Positions 30,070 through 47,570 of a stretch of 64,000 nt of DNA are shown here, piece by piece. The stretch lies in the NCBI RefSeq assembly GCF_009914755.1, contig NC_060928.1; one strand, written 5' to 3'. A program made the translations under genes and the position numbers. The notes beneath the pieces were generated by a model that saw only the letters and a program-made list of their open reading frames with translations, did not search any database and had not been told where the DNA came from. Origin of the DNA: the human T2T-CHM13v2.0 reference genome, Homo sapiens. Within the stretch, counting starts at the first letter, position 1, and the number at the start of each line of letters is the position of its first letter.

Positions 30070-30629
30070 TTTCCTATTTAGGAAAAATGTGGGTGAGTTA
30101 GAAACTAGAGAAGAAAATCTTTTGGAATTCAATGCCAAAGAAACAGATGAGTTTAACAACTGGCTTAATGGCTTGGGAATGTTTATCAATGTCAGTTCTT
30201 ACTGGTATTCTAGTATATGACTGTCTAAATTGTTCTCTCCCAATAACCACCCATGCTTTTAGGAAATATTTTGTTCTCTTTCTTCTTTCCAGCATCTACC
30301 ACAGTCAACCCAAAACAGCACCTAAACATGAAGAGTTTGGTTTCTTTGGGTATTCTGTTGCATTTCATGGTATCTGAACAGGGGCTTGAGCTAATCACTG
30401 GTCAGGATCTTTAGAATGAGTGACTAATTCTGAATGGGAGGTTGAACTGAATTATAAAAGGTTTCTCAAACTTTTGAACTTTCTTTCTCCTGATTAGGCG
30501 CTAGTCTTTTCCATGGTCTTCAGGGGATGGAGAAGGAAGAGATAAAGGCAGGAAATAGCTTTGCTTCCCACCACTACAGTTGTTTCTGATGCTAGAGCTT
30601 CAATCAGATCTTTGACATTGAAGCATACC

Positions 30630-31029
30630 TGACATGGTTTGGATCTGTGTCCCCACCCAAATCTCATGTCAAATTGTAATCCCCAATGTTGGAGGTGGAG
30701 CTTGGTGGGAGAAGATTGGATAATGGGGGCAGTTTGTCATGGTTTAACACCATCCCCTTTTGCATTGTCATGGTGAGAGTGAGTTATCATGATATCTGCT
30801 GTTTAAAAGTGTGTAGCACCTCTCCCAACTCTGTCTTCCTCCTCTTATGGCCATGTGAAGACATGCCTGCTTCCCCTTCACCTTCTGACATGATTTTGAG
30901 TTTCCTGAGGCCTCCTTAGCCATGCTTCCTGTACAACCTGCAGAACCATGAGCCAATTAAACCTGTTTTCTTTATACATTACCGAGTCTCAGGTATTTAT
31001 TTATAGCAGTGCAAAAACAGACTAGTACA
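30630..31029 (+). mobile_element. MSTA-like 5' LTR
   Basis: tgacatggtttggatctgtgtccccacccaaatctc...gagccaattaaacc...actagtaca; preceded by atacc. Confidence 0.92.
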
Positions 31030-32597
31030 GAAAACTGGTACCAGAAGTAGGGTATTGATATAAAGGTACCCGAAAATGTGGAAACAGCTTTGGAACTGGA
31101 TAATGGTGCAACAGTTTGGAGGGCTCAGAAGAAGATAGGAAGATGAGGGAAAGTTTGAAACTTCCTAGAGACTTGTTGAATGGCTGTGACCAAAATACTG
31201 ATAGTGATATGGACAGTGAAATCCAGGCTGAGGAGGTCACAGATGGAAATGATGAACTTATTGGGAACTGGAGTAAAAGTCACTCTTGTTATGTGTCAGC
31301 AAAGAAACTGGCAGCATTGTGCCCCTGCTCTAGGGATCTGTGGAACTTTGAACTTGAGAGAGACGATTTAGGGTATCTGGCAGAAGAAATTTCTAAACAT
31401 CAAAGCATTCAAGATGTTACCTGGCTGCTTCTGAAAGCCTGTGCTCATATGTGTGTGCAAATAAGTGACTTGAAACTTGAACTTATCTTTAAAAGGAAAG
31501 CAGAGCACACTAGTTTGGAAAACTTTTAGCCTGGGCATATGGTAGAAAAGGAAAACCCATTTTCAGGGTTGGAATTCAAGCAGGCTGCAGCAGTTTCCAT
31601 AAGTAAAGAGGAGTCAATTGCTAATAGCCAAGACAATGGGAAAAAGGCCTCAGAGGGATTTCAGAGGTGTCCTAGGCAGCCCCCCAACCATCACAGGCCT
31701 TGAGGCCTAGGAGAGAATAATGGTTTTGTGGGCCAGGTCTAGGGCCCTTCTGCTCTGTGCAGCATTGGGACATGGCACTCTGCATCTTGGCAGCTCTAGC
31801 ACTAGCCCTGGCTCAAAGGGCCCCAGATACTTCTTGAGGTGCTGCTCCAGATGGTGCAAACCATAAGCCTTGATAGCTTCCATGTGGTTTTAAGCCTGCA
31901 GGTGCACAGAGTACAAGGGTTGAGGTTTGGGAGCCTCCATCTACACTGCAGAAGATGTATAAAAAAATGAGGATGTCCAGGCAGAAGCCTGCTGTAGCGT
32001 TGGAGCCCTCATGGAGAACTTCTACTAGGGCAGTGTGGAGAAGAAATGTGGGTTGGAGCCCTTGCACAAAATCCCCACTGGGGCACTGTCTAGTGGAGCT
32101 GTGAGAAGAGGGACATCAACCTCCAGACCCTAGAATTGTAGATCCACCAACAGCTTGCACTTTGCACATGGAAAAGCTGCAGGCAGTCAGTGCCAGCCTA
32201 TGAAAGCAGCCAAAAGAGCTGTACCCTGCAGAACCTCAGAGGCAAAGTTGTCTGAGGCCTTGGGAGCCCACCCTTTTCACCAGTGTGCCCTGGATGTAAG
32301 CCATGGAGTAAAAGGAAATTATTTTGGATCTTGAAGATTTAATGACTCCCCTGCTGGGTTTTGGGCTTGCATGAGACCTGTAGACCCTTTCTTCTGGCCA
32401 TTTTCTTTCTTTTTGTAACAGGAGTATTTACTCAATGCCTATACCCCCATTCTATCTTAGAAGTAACTAACTGGTATTGATTTTACAAGTTCATAGTTTC
32501 ATAGACAAGGCTTATATAGCCTTATCTCAGATGAGACTTTGGAGGGTGGACTTTTCAGTTGATGCTGGAATGAGTTAAGACTTTGGGGGAATGTTGA
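31030..32597 (+). mobile_element. MST internal region (MaLR-int); resumes at 38759-38843
   Basis: gaaaactggtacc start; MaLR ORF remnant at 31116-31529 (EGSEEDRKMRESL..WNFELERDDLGYLAEEISK); purine-rich tract before the 3' LTR. Confidence 0.92.
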
Positions 32598-33632
32598 GGT
32601 CCGTTCCAAGATGGCCGAATAGGAACAGCTCCGGTCTGCAGCTCCCAGTGTAATTGACACAGAAGACAGGTGATTTCTGCATTTTCAACTGAGGTACCCA
32701 GTTCATCTCAATGGGACTGGTTGGACAGTGTCCAGCCCATGGAGAGTGAGCCAAAGCAGGGCAGAGCATTGCCTCACTCAGGAAGCACAAGGGGTCAGGG
32801 GATTTCCCTTTCCTAGCCAAGGGAAGCTGTGACAGACTGTACCTGGAAAAATGGGACACTCCTGCCCAAATACTGCACTTTTCCCAAGGTCTTAGCAACC
32901 AGCAGACAAGGAGATTCTCTCCCATGCCTAGTTCACCAGGTCCCATGCCCATGGAGCCTTGCTCACTGCTAGTGCAGCAGTCTGAAATCGAACTGCACGG
33001 TAGTAGTCTGGCTGGGGGAGGGGCATCCACCATTGCTGAGGCTTGAGTAGGTAAACAAAGCAGCCAGGAAGCTTGAACTGGGTGGAGCCCACAGCAGCTC
33101 AGCAAGGCCTATTGCCTCTATAAACTCCACGTCTTTGGGCAGGGCATAGCTGAACAAAAGGCAGCAGACAACTTCTGCAGACTTAAACGTCCCTGTCTGA
33201 CAGCTCTGAAAAGAGCAGTTGTTCTCCCAGCACAGTGTTTGAGCTCTGAGAATGGACAGACTGCCTCCTCCAGTGGGCCCCTGACCTCCATGTAGCCTAA
33301 CTGGGAGACATCTCCCAGTAGGGGCCGATAGACACCTCATATAGGCAGGTGCTCCACTGGGAAGAAGTTTCCAGAGGAAGGATCAGGCAGCAATGTTTGC
33401 TGTTCTGTAATATTTGCTGTTCTGCAGCATCTGCTGGTGATACCCAAGCAAACAAAGTCTGGAGTGGACCTTCAGCAAACTCCAACAGACCTGCAGCTGA
33501 GGGACCTGACTGTTAGAAGGTAAACTAACAAACAGAAAGGAATAGAATCAACATCAAAAAAAGGACATCTACACCAAAACCCCATCTGTAGGTCACGAAC
33601 ATCAAAGGCCAAAGGTAGATAAAACCACAAAG

Positions 33633-34653
33633 ATGGGGAGAAACCAGAGCAGTAAAGCTGAAAATTCTAAAAACCGACCACCTCTTCTCCAAAGGATCAC
33701 AGCTCCTTGCCAGCAATGGAACAAAGCTGGATGGAGAATGACTTTGATGAGTTAACAGAAGTAGGCTTCAGAAGGTTGGTAATAATAAACTTCTCCAAGC
33801 TAAAGGAGCATGTTCGAATCCATTGCAAGGAAGCTAAAAACCTTGAAAAAAGTTAGACGAATGGCTAACTAGAATAAGCAGTGTAGAAAAGACCTTAAAT
33901 GACCTGAAGAAGCTAAAAACCATGGCACAAGAACTTCTTGATGCATGCACAAGCTTCAATAGCAGATTCGATCAAGTGGAAGAAAGGATATCAGTGATTG
34001 AAGATCAAATTAATGAAATAAAGTGAGAAGACAAGTTTAGAGAAAAAAGAGTAAAAAGAAACAAACAAAGCCTACAAGAAATATGTGACTATGTGAAAAG
34101 GTCAAATCTACATTTGATTGGTGTAACTGAAAGTAATGGGGAGAATGGAACCAAGTTGGAAAACACTCTGCAGGATATTATCCAGGAGAACTTCCCCAAC
34201 CTAGCAAGGCAGGTGAACATTCAAATTCAGGAAATACAGAGAACACCACAAAGATACTCCTCGAGAAGAGCAACTCCAAGACACATAATTGTCAGATTCA
34301 CCAAGGTTGAAATGAAGGAAAAAATGTTAAGGGCAGCCAGAGAGAAAGGTCAGGTTACCCACAAAGGGAAGCCCATCAGACTAACAGCAGATCTCTTGGC
34401 AGAAACTCTACAAGCCAGAAGAGATTGGGGGCCAATATTCAACATTCTTAAAGAAAAGAATTTTCAACCCAGAATTTCATATCCAGCCAAACTAATCTTC
34501 ATAATTGAAAGAGAAATAAAATACTTTACAGACAAGCAAATGCTGAGAGATTTTGTCACCACCAGGCCTGCCTTACAAGAGCTCCTGAAGGAAGCACTAA
34601 ACATGGAAAGAAACAACCGGTACAAGTCACTAGAAAAACATGCCAAATTGTAA
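33633..34653 (+). pseudogene. Disrupted L1 ORF1
   Basis: ATGGGGAGAAACCAG start; only the 186-aa C-terminal frame is intact. Confidence 0.92.
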
Positions 34654-34710
34654 AGACCATCGATGCTAGGAAGTAACTGCATCAACTAATGAGCAAAATA
34701 ACCAGCTAAC

Positions 34711-38539
<3,829 letters not shown>

Positions 38540-38843
38540 ACAATGAGAACACTTGAACACAGGGAGGGGAACATCACACACCAGGGCCTGTCAGGGATTG
38601 TGGTGCTGGGGGACAGATAGCATTAGGATAAATACCTAATGTAAATGACGAGTTGATGGGTGCAGCAAACCAACATGACATAAGTATACCTATGTATCAA
38701 ACCTGCACGTTGTGCACATGTACCCTAGAACTTAAAGTATAATTAAAAAGAAAAAATAAAGACTTTGGGGAAATGTTGAAAAGGCATGATTGTATTTTGC
38801 AATGTGAGAAGGACATGAGATTTGGAAGGGGCCAGGGGCAAAA

Positions 38844-39242
38844 TGATATGGTTTGGCCCTGGGTCCCCACCCAAATCTCATGACTAATTATAATCCTCAA
38901 TGTTGGAGGTTGTGCCTGGTGGGAGGTGATTGAATCATGGGGGTAGTTTCTCATGGGTTAACACCACCCCCCTTGGAATTGTCATGGCAAGCGTGAGTTA
39001 TCACAAGATCTGGTTGTTTAAAAGTGTGTAGTACCTCTCCCAGTCTGTCTTCCTCCTGCTCTGGCCATGTGAAAATATGCGTGCTTCCCCTTTGCTTTCT
39101 GCCATGATTATAAGTTTCCTGAGGCCTCCTCAGCCATACTTCCTATAGAGTATGCAGAGCTGTGAGCCAATTAAACCTCTTCTCTTTATAAATTACCCAG
39201 TCTCAGGTTTTCTTTACAGCAGTGTGAGAACAGGCTGACCCA
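38844..39242 (+). mobile_element. MSTA-like 3' LTR
   Basis: Direct repeat of 30630-31029, followed by atacc (39243-39247). Confidence 0.92.
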
Positions 39243-40932
39243 ATACCTTAGAAACATATAGTGAAAACACCTCTCATAAAATGTTTGTGGATTGAGGGAA
39301 CTTTAAGAATGTGAATTAGTAAAATATTAATGTGGAGTTTGAATACACTATTCAAAAATTGGAGGTACTACGAATCTGTGAGTTTTTTATTCTTTAACAC
39401 ATTGGAATAACCCTTTGTTGTGCTGTGTGTTTTTTCTCCTCCAACTAGATATGCTCTTTGAGGATCAAATACAATGTTGAGTGAATAATGTTGTGTAAAT
39501 GTTTAGCAAAGAAATTATTGCTAGATACCCAGTGGGAGGTACATACTAGAAAGAGCATGTAGGTGATGAGGGCAGTCCTTACCAATGAGCAAGGCAGACC
39601 CAGCACAGTAAAAATGAGTAATAAGAGGCTGAGAATTTTTTAAGGAGCTTAGAAGATTCTATTGAGGATTTTTATTAAAGATATCAGACTAAACACATGC
39701 CTCAATGTTTACTGCCTCCTTAAATTCCACTGAAATAATAGTAAAAGGATGAAAAAAGGCATAAACATATAAAAATAAAGAATTTTCAAGAGGAGATAAT
39801 AGCAACAAAATTTTGGAAGTTGGAAAATACACGGATGAATAGTTACTGATTAGTAGGCCCAAGAAAGCTGAATTTTAAATGGGAGGAATGGAGACACAAT
39901 TTACAGTAAAGAATTCACAACAATCTCAAAAATTTGAGGCATCAGGCACTTCTAGAAGTTGGGAGAGAGTAGAGCTAAAACAAGCAGTATTTATTGAAAG
40001 TCTGTTTAAGAAGCAGTTAGACCACTCATATCCCTTCTCTTATCCCATGGAGCCAGGTGACAGGCTCTCTCTAACCCTAAAGAAGACAGAGGTTGGTCTT
40101 TGAAAAGGTGAGTCATAGTCTCTAGATTAGAGAACGTCAGTCACAGCTGAGGATGGAGATGATGTAATAAAAATACGGAGATAAAATGAATGTTTACTGA
40201 ATGTTGAAACTCAACCAGTCATCTCCCCCTACTTGGCTCTCAAAACATTGAAAATCAGATTTATATCCTGCATGCAAAACACTAGTAAAGGCTTCTCTGT
40301 AGACCCTGATCAATTCCCAAGAAAAGACCTAACACTCTTAGAGTTCCCCCAGAAAATAGCCTATCCAGCTCACCCCACCATGAAGTTCACAGTCAATGAC
40401 CCCACCGGCCAGAGTTTCCAATCTGTGTTCCAGTGTCCCACTATCAAATATGATCATGCAGTGAAATAGACATAGTAGGGGAACGCCTCAATATAAAAAA
40501 ATAGAGACAAAACAAGTTAGAGGAAACACAGACTATGAAAGGAGAAGAAACACTAGGGGTAGGGGGGAACTACTATTATCAGAAAAGAAGAAATTGCAAC
40601 CATGAAATGGGCAGAAAACTATTAACATAAAGAATATTCAGAGCAAAGAAGAGGTCTTAGAAATTAGAAATAAGATCTCAGAAATTTAAAAAGACTCAAA
40701 AGAAAGACACAGAAAGAACAAAATGAAAAAGAGAAGAGACATAGGAGAGAACAGATAAGAAAATACTAGAGGACAAGTCGAAGAGCTTCAACATCTGAAT
40801 AAAAGGAGTTCTGGAGAAGATGTTTTCATCCACAAAATAATTGAAGAAGATGTCCCAAAACTGAATGAAGTACAGAGTTTCCAGAGTGAAAGGCAATCAT
40901 TGTGAAATTTCAGATACATGTCTAGAAGACAT

Positions 40933-41364
40933 TGTTAGTACCTTGACCGGGTCCCCTTTACTAAGCCAATGCGTGCAACTGCTCTGCGTGTTGGCTGCTA
41001 ATAACCTACAGACCTCTTCTCTGGAGAATTGCCTTCAGCAAAGCAGAAGCTGTGTCATCTGGGAGGTTCCAACAACCACTCAACTCCTACACGGGAGAAC
41101 TCACAACCAATGACTAACTGACTTGAAGGTTCCAAAGGTCAGTCACCTTGTCTCAAAAAGGGTACGAATTCTGTGGTTCAACTCTTGCTCCAGGGCATTC
41201 CACTGGATCAGATGGAAGCTCCAGTGGAGACCGCATCCTTAGCTCATTCCCTAGACCCAGGGTGCTTCCTTAGCTTATCTTCTCTCCCAAGATTAATGCC
41301 TCAATTAATCACATGCACTCAAATTTCTGTCTCAGATTATTTCTAGAAAACCCAACCTAAGGCA
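40933..41364 (+). mobile_element. LTR16-like ERVL solo LTR
   Basis: ccaatgactaactgac...ccttgtctcaa...aatcacatgcactcaaatttctgtctcag...aacccaacctaaggca. Confidence 0.75.
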
Positions 41365-41679
41365 ATAGGAGAGAAAAGATTCTAAAAGTTTCCAAACAGA
41401 AAAAAAGATGTTATACAAAGGATCAAGAATCAGAATGGCATCAGCCTTCTCAACACTGGAAGCTAGAAGGCATGGGAGCAATTCCTTAAAAATTCTGAAG
41501 AAAAATAAATTTCAACGTAGGATTCTATGTTGAATATCTGAGATAAATGGAATCCCCCTTGGGTAAATCAAAGACATTTTCAGAATCCAAATTCTCAAAA
41601 AACTTACCTCCTATGTACTTCCTTCTCAAAGGTACTTCATCAAAACAAAGGAATAAACCAAGAAAGAGGCAGATATAGA

Positions 41680-42392
41680 TCAACTGAAAAAGCATGCGAT
41701 TCATAAATTTGGAAAGGAGAGCTGTATTTCTCCTAAAGGGTTGCAGCCTAGAGGCTGGCCATCCCGCAGGCTGGGAAGCATAGCCTCTGGAAGAAGCTTC
41801 TCCAAGAACAAGCACTTGGAGGAAAGGAAGGAAGGATGAGACAGGAATGTATGCTGAATGGGTTGGCTAAGTATACATATTCAACAGGTTATAGGAAGAG
41901 CTTTGAACATTTATGAAGGGGAGGCACACACAAGCATAGAAGAATAGCATGTATGTAACATGCATCCCATGTTCAACTGGGGGTGGAGGCTTAATATTTA
42001 AATGTATTACAATGAAGCCATATACATCAAAAGGTGAAGCAGAGGGTGCAAAGGCCTTCATTGTGCAGCCCTCCATAGACTGGCCAGAACCATTCCATGG
42101 TCGGTGGTCTCTTATTAGGAAGGAATGCTGGTCACTTGCTGTGTCGAAACCACAAAAGGGAGGGGCAGCATCAGGTGGTTGGTTAAAATCAGTGGTGATT
42201 TCTCTTCAGTCCTTAGGGAAGAAAGCCTAATGGCCGTTAGTGAAGGAGGAGGTATAATGAGGTATGTACCACTTCCCATCCTGTCATGGCTGAGAACTCA
42301 GTTTTTAAAGGTTTCTCTGGAGTCCTCTTGGCCAAGAGGGGGAGTTCATTCAGTTGGTTGGGGGACTTAGGATTTTATTTTTATTTCTCACA
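41680..42392 (-). mobile_element. ERV1 solo LTR (MER39-like)
   Basis: Minus strand starts TGTGAGAAATAAAAATAAAATCCTAAG..CTCTTGGCCAAG; possible 4-bp TSD taga. Confidence 0.8.
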
Positions 42393-42557
42393 TAGAATGC
42401 ATGAAATAAAAGATCTAAGAGAAGGGAAACGTGACACCTCTTCAAGCATAAGCAATTAATAGAATTATCTCATGTATGTAAAAGTACTGAGAGTTACACA
42501 AGTTGGGGAGACCTTAGAAATATAGTAGACATAGTTGCATAGAAAACTGGGCAAATG

Positions 42558-42849
42558 GGCTGGGTGCAGTGGCTCATGCCTGTAATCCCAGCAATTTGGG
42601 AGGCTGAGGCAGGTGGATCACTTGAGGCCAGGAGTTCGAGACCAGCCTGGCCACATAGCGAAACCCCGTCTCTACTAAAAATACAAAAATTAGACAGATG
42701 TGGCAGCATGCACCTGTAATCTCAGCTACTCAGAAGACTGAGGCAGGAGAATCACTTGAACCCAAGAAGTAGAGATTGCAGTGAGCTGAGATCACACCAC
42801 TGCCTGGGCGACAGAGAGAGACTGTCTCAAAAAAAAAAAAGAAAAAAAA
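42558..42849 (+). mobile_element. AluS with an ~8-nt deletion near the 3' end
   Basis: Dimer; reads ccactg^cctgggcgacag. Confidence 0.96.
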
Positions 42850-44724
42850 GAGAATTATTTATTAAATTCAAGGAAAACAAAACTTTGCTAGGAAAGTAAT
42901 ATACACGACTCAGCTACAGAGTTTACAGAGACATTATTATATAAGGACTACTTATCAATCAAATTACAATTATAATATATTGAGAAAAGGGGGTCAGAAA
43001 TGTCTGTGTGTGGCTGAATTGAGTGGAGGTGGGAAAGAGGGATAAATGCTCATTTCCCATGGTTGGAATGGTTGGAAATCAATAGACAATGCTTAAAACT
43101 GAAAATTCCTGAGTTTCAGTAGAAGCATATGATTTAAGAATTTGGAGATAAAGACCAAAAGAAAGGGCCAGCAGATTTGAAAGCAAGAGTCATTTGGGAG
43201 TGATGAGCAGATGCAGAGAGGCTGCTGTGTTTTTCTAAATGTCTTATAGATGTATTTGATTCTTTAAATCATGTGCAGTATAATCCTGATTTAAAAAAAA
43301 AAACAAATAAAACGTTAAAATGCCTCCAGGAGCAGAGGATACTGACTCTGTTTTTGGACAAAATGCTGTGAGGAAGTGATTTTGATCAGGTCCTGGTTTA
43401 GAGTTCAGGGTGGGGAAAATTTTTTCTCAAGGGACCTAAGCTGCTGAGAGGAAAAAGCTGACTGTAGATCCCAGAGGTGGAAGTTGAGTGCCAAAGCACA
43501 ATGAGCATAAAAGCACTCTGACCCCAAGGTCAGAGCGGACCCTGCTGCTGGTTGGGAGAAGAGTGACAGGAGGCCAGCGTTTTATGGGCTTCACAACTTG
43601 TGAACTCAAGTGTGGTCACACATTCCAAGTCTAGACATCTTTTAGTTCAAATTATCCACCCCATAAAGTGAAGCAATCATAGCAAAGATTTAAAGATGCA
43701 TATATTCCCACATATTCCTAAATCTGTTATCATACTTCTTATGGAAGCTGACAGCCATAGATTACTCGGTTCAGACATCAGAAGCTGATATAAACCGGCA
43801 ACTGAGTGCCTTAAAAGTGTTCTACCCCAAGTAGAAGGAAGTGTTTCAGCATGCAGGAGCAGTACCAACAAAAAACAATGGAATCAACAGTTTGTCTTGC
43901 TTTGCACACAAAGAGCAAATGAGCTCTAGTCAGAGAGCTTAAATGTGACCTCTCCAGCTAGGGCAGCTCATCAAAATTGATGGCCAGTGGATTCCACAGC
44001 CAGCATTAAATTACCAACCAACATCTAAGAAGTCCAAACTCCTCTCTCCCTTCAAATAACCCTAACAGCCTCCCTCGAAACTTTCTAACCTCTTGTACCC
44101 ACCCACATTTAAGTGAGGCCACCTCCCCGATGGCAGCCCTGTCTCACTTCTCACTGCACTAATCTAACAGGAGATCAAGGATGTCAAATATCTCCCATTT
44201 CTTTTCGCCCCTGGTTACTTTGGAAGCATCCCTCTTAAACACCTCTCCCAGTCAGGCTAGTCCTGGGCAAAGGAAAGCTGTCAGACTTCATAAGAAGGCA
44301 ATCTGCCCTTCACTTTGCCAATCGCTAAATGGGATCAAGAACGGCTCTTGGGCATTGGATCCAAGGTTACAAGGGAGATGTCAACCATAATAGTGGGGTT
44401 AAAAGCAAGCCTTAGACCCACCCATGAAGCCCCTCTTTGGGAAAATAACTGAGTCTTGCAACCATATAAGGGTTAGTCCCAATAAGCCCCTTTTCTCCAA
44501 TGCCCTTAGACTAATTAGTGATAACAATACATCACACGGTTGAGAAAATGAGAGGGAAATGAATGTTTCTAGACCTGTACGGAAGCGATTTGAGAGTTGT
44601 TAGGGAAACCACCTCCCTTATTAAAACAAAATGCAGAACCTCCAAGGTTTAGCAATAGAAGCAAAAGCCACAGGAGTTGAAGCTGAAATAATCTAGTGGC
44701 CACCACTTAGTGCCACTAAGTACA

Positions 44725-44970
44725 GTATCAAGGTTAGAATTCATGTTCTAGGATCTGGCTGATTTAGATTCAAATCCTAACTCCTTTACTTCAGAGCTGT
44801 GTAGGGTTATTAAAGAAAGTATCTAAGTCCCCTGAGCCCCAATTCCTCATTAGTAAAATAGGTTAATAATGTATTCTTTAGGGTGCGACAGCAGGAGGCC
44901 TGAAGCTAGTGTATTGAAGTGTAGACACATGCAGGGTGTAACAAGTGCTCATTGAATGTCAGCTGCTGTT
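44725..44970 (+). mobile_element. MIR
   Basis: ttcaaatcctaactc...ctgagccccaattcctcattagtaaaatagg. Confidence 0.7.
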
Positions 44971-45999
44971 GTTAGGATGGGATTATCTTCTCCCTAGGGT
45001 TTGATCACTATTACAGATGCCATCTCCACCTTGATTCCCAGAAGGGTAATGCTCCCTCCTTTAATGATTTACAGTGTTTTTTTTTCCTGTGCACCTATAT
45101 CTATATACAGAAATATATTTACAAAGTTACAATCTTACTAATAAGTGACAGAGCCAGCATTTGACCCTGTGTTTGTCTGACTCCTGAGCTGCAATGAAGA
45201 AGACTCGAATGAGTCCCCAAACCACAGGGATGCTATGCTTAGGATAGAATCTTGGTGACAGACCAAGACACTGATTAAGAGGCACAATTGGTGTGCCATT
45301 TTTCTCTCATTCATTTTCTTGCTTCCTCTTTCTCTCTACAAGCAATTGGGTGGATGAGTTGAGGTAGAGCCCACTCTACTTCCTTTAAGGTCCTTACTCC
45401 ACCGGTCTAGATAGAGGGTAGAAGGATTCGGAGTGGCTGAAGATGTAAGCTGAGAAAGTGAGTTTTCCACTGTCACTTATTGATCAACCGTGGTTATGAT
45501 CAGGCAAAGTCTACTGATGGCAGATTTGTCCTGGCTATTTCTGATGTCCTATCAGCTACTATATAGGCTGATGTGCAATCAGTCCAGTTAACACAGAATT
45601 TTTGATAAGGCCTAAAATTCCAAATCAACATTCCAGCCCTCCTGATTGTGCCATAAATTCTGGGACTCTGGTTCTAGTAACAACTGAGGCAAACAGAAAT
45701 ATTTATCCTGAATTGTCCTTCTACCTGAAGTACCTGTCTGACCTTTAATTTGTCTAAAAGCTACTCAAGAGCAGAAACTGCATCCTCTACTTATTTCATC
45801 TCTTTAAAGCCTGGGACACAGTGTTGAATAATGTCTTTTGCATAGACTTCCTTTATTGACCTTTATAGATTTCTGTAATAGGGCAATATGTGCAAATATT
45901 ATTAGAATTATAAAGTATTACATAGGTAAAGACAAAGGATGTTACCCAGTGAATAAAACCAATTCCAGATGATCAGAAATTCAATATAAAAAATTCAAA

Positions 46000-47300
46000 C
46001 CACCTATCAATGAAGAAAATGTAGTATTTATCAAACCTCTAAAATAGAGATAATTTTCTAAGCATAGAAGTAATAAAATAAATAATGAAGGAAGAGATTG
46101 ACTGGTTTCAGTACATTTTAAAATTTAAAGCTTAAGTAAAAAACAATCTTAAAGACTAGAATAAGTAAGTCTTGAAAATATGTTTGAAAAAGAGTTCAAA
46201 TTTTTATTCAATAAGGAGCTCATAAAAATTTTAAAAAAACAAAAATCTTCATCTCCCAGTAAAGAAAATTACATGGACAAAAATTCCAAAAGAAGATGAG
46301 TATTCTCATAAAAACCTGTTTGCAAATATTTATAGCCACTTTATGCATAATCACTAAAACTGGGAGACAAATGTCCCAGCTGTCTGCCAACTGGTGAATG
46401 GATAAACAAATTGTGGCACATTCAGACAATCAAGTACCCCTCAGCTAGAAAAGGAACAGACTACTGATACATGCAACAACGTGGCTGATCTCAAAATCAT
46501 TATGCTAAATAACAGAAGCCAGACACAAAATCATACGAACTGTATGGTTCTATTTGTATGACATTCTGGAAAAAGTAGGAGTAAAAATCATGAGAAAACA
46601 GATTAGAGGTTGCCAGGGGTGGGGGATTGACTGCAAAGAGGCCTAAGAGAACTTAGAGAGTGATGGAAATATTTTATATCTTGACTGAGGTGGTAGTTAT
46701 ATGATTATAAATACTTGCCAAAATCATATGCCTAAAAATGATTAATTTTACCGTGCATAGATTGTATTGTAATAAACCTGGCTTCAAAATAAGATTATTA
46801 AAAAGTGTTTCACATTATTAGTAATCAAATGAAAATTAATATGAGGGGGTCATTTTTTAATCCATTAAATTTACAAATATAATTTATAATATCCAATTCT
46901 AGCAAGGCTTCAATGAATCTTGTATTTTCATATAGTAATGTTGGTGATGTGAATTAGAATGACTCTTTTGGAAATCATTGTTGAAATATGTAGCAAGATC
47001 ATAAAAATGTGTACCCCTTGACCCAGCAATACCAATGATGGGAATCTATATCAAGGAAATTTTACAAAATGGCTTGAAAATAATCATATTTATGGAATTA
47101 TGTGTTATAGATTGTTAATAATTTTAATCAACTAGAGGAACTCAGTTTCCAGTAGTGGGGGAAGGGTTAAATTATCATGGAAAATTATATGAAAACATTT
47201 TGCAACAATTAAAATGGTCATGATAAAGTCCATATAGTCACATACACATTTGGAAGTATGTATATAATATAATGTTACTGAAGAAAGCCAACAGGGATTA
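46000..47300 (+). mobile_element. Ancient L1ME fragments with a nested L1MC/MD 3' end (~46300-46790)
   Basis: ggtgaatggataaacaaattgtgg...gatacatgcaacaac...gaagccagacacaaaa; flanking gtaccccttgacccagcaatacca. Confidence 0.75.
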
Positions 47301-47324
47301 GCCAACATGCATTCTGGAAAGGCA

Positions 47325-47570
47325 GTAAGTATGGTGGTGAAGAGCATAGCTTCCAGAGCTGAACTGCCTGGGTTAATATTCAACCCCTGCAACCTTCTAG
47401 CTCTGACTTTGGGCAGCTTACTTAACCTCTCTCACACTCACTTTCTTATTTGAAAATAGAAAACAAAATAGTAGCTTCCTCATTGCTTTTTTCCAAGGGT
47501 TTGATGAGTTCATAAATCACATAAAACACAAAACTACTTGGCACAAAGTAAGCACTGTATGTAATCATGT
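47325..47570 (+). mobile_element. MIR
   Basis: gtggtgaagagcatagc...ctgcctgggtt...ttgggcagcttacttaacctctct...ggcacaaagtaagcact. Confidence 0.85.

Larger units (their letters stand above)
39670..43320 (+). mobile_element. HAL1-like (ORF1-only L1 derivative) or L1M element, interrupted three times
   Basis: 5' gcaacaaaattttggaagttggaaa...aagaaagctgaat; degenerate ORF1 ggatcaagaatcagaatggcatcag...ctggaagctagaag; A-rich end near 43300; no ORF2 seen. Confidence 0.65.

Noticed and set aside
31116-31529. 137-aa ORF as a host gene
   Set aside because: It is a remnant of the MaLR internal ORF with no ATG at the called start.
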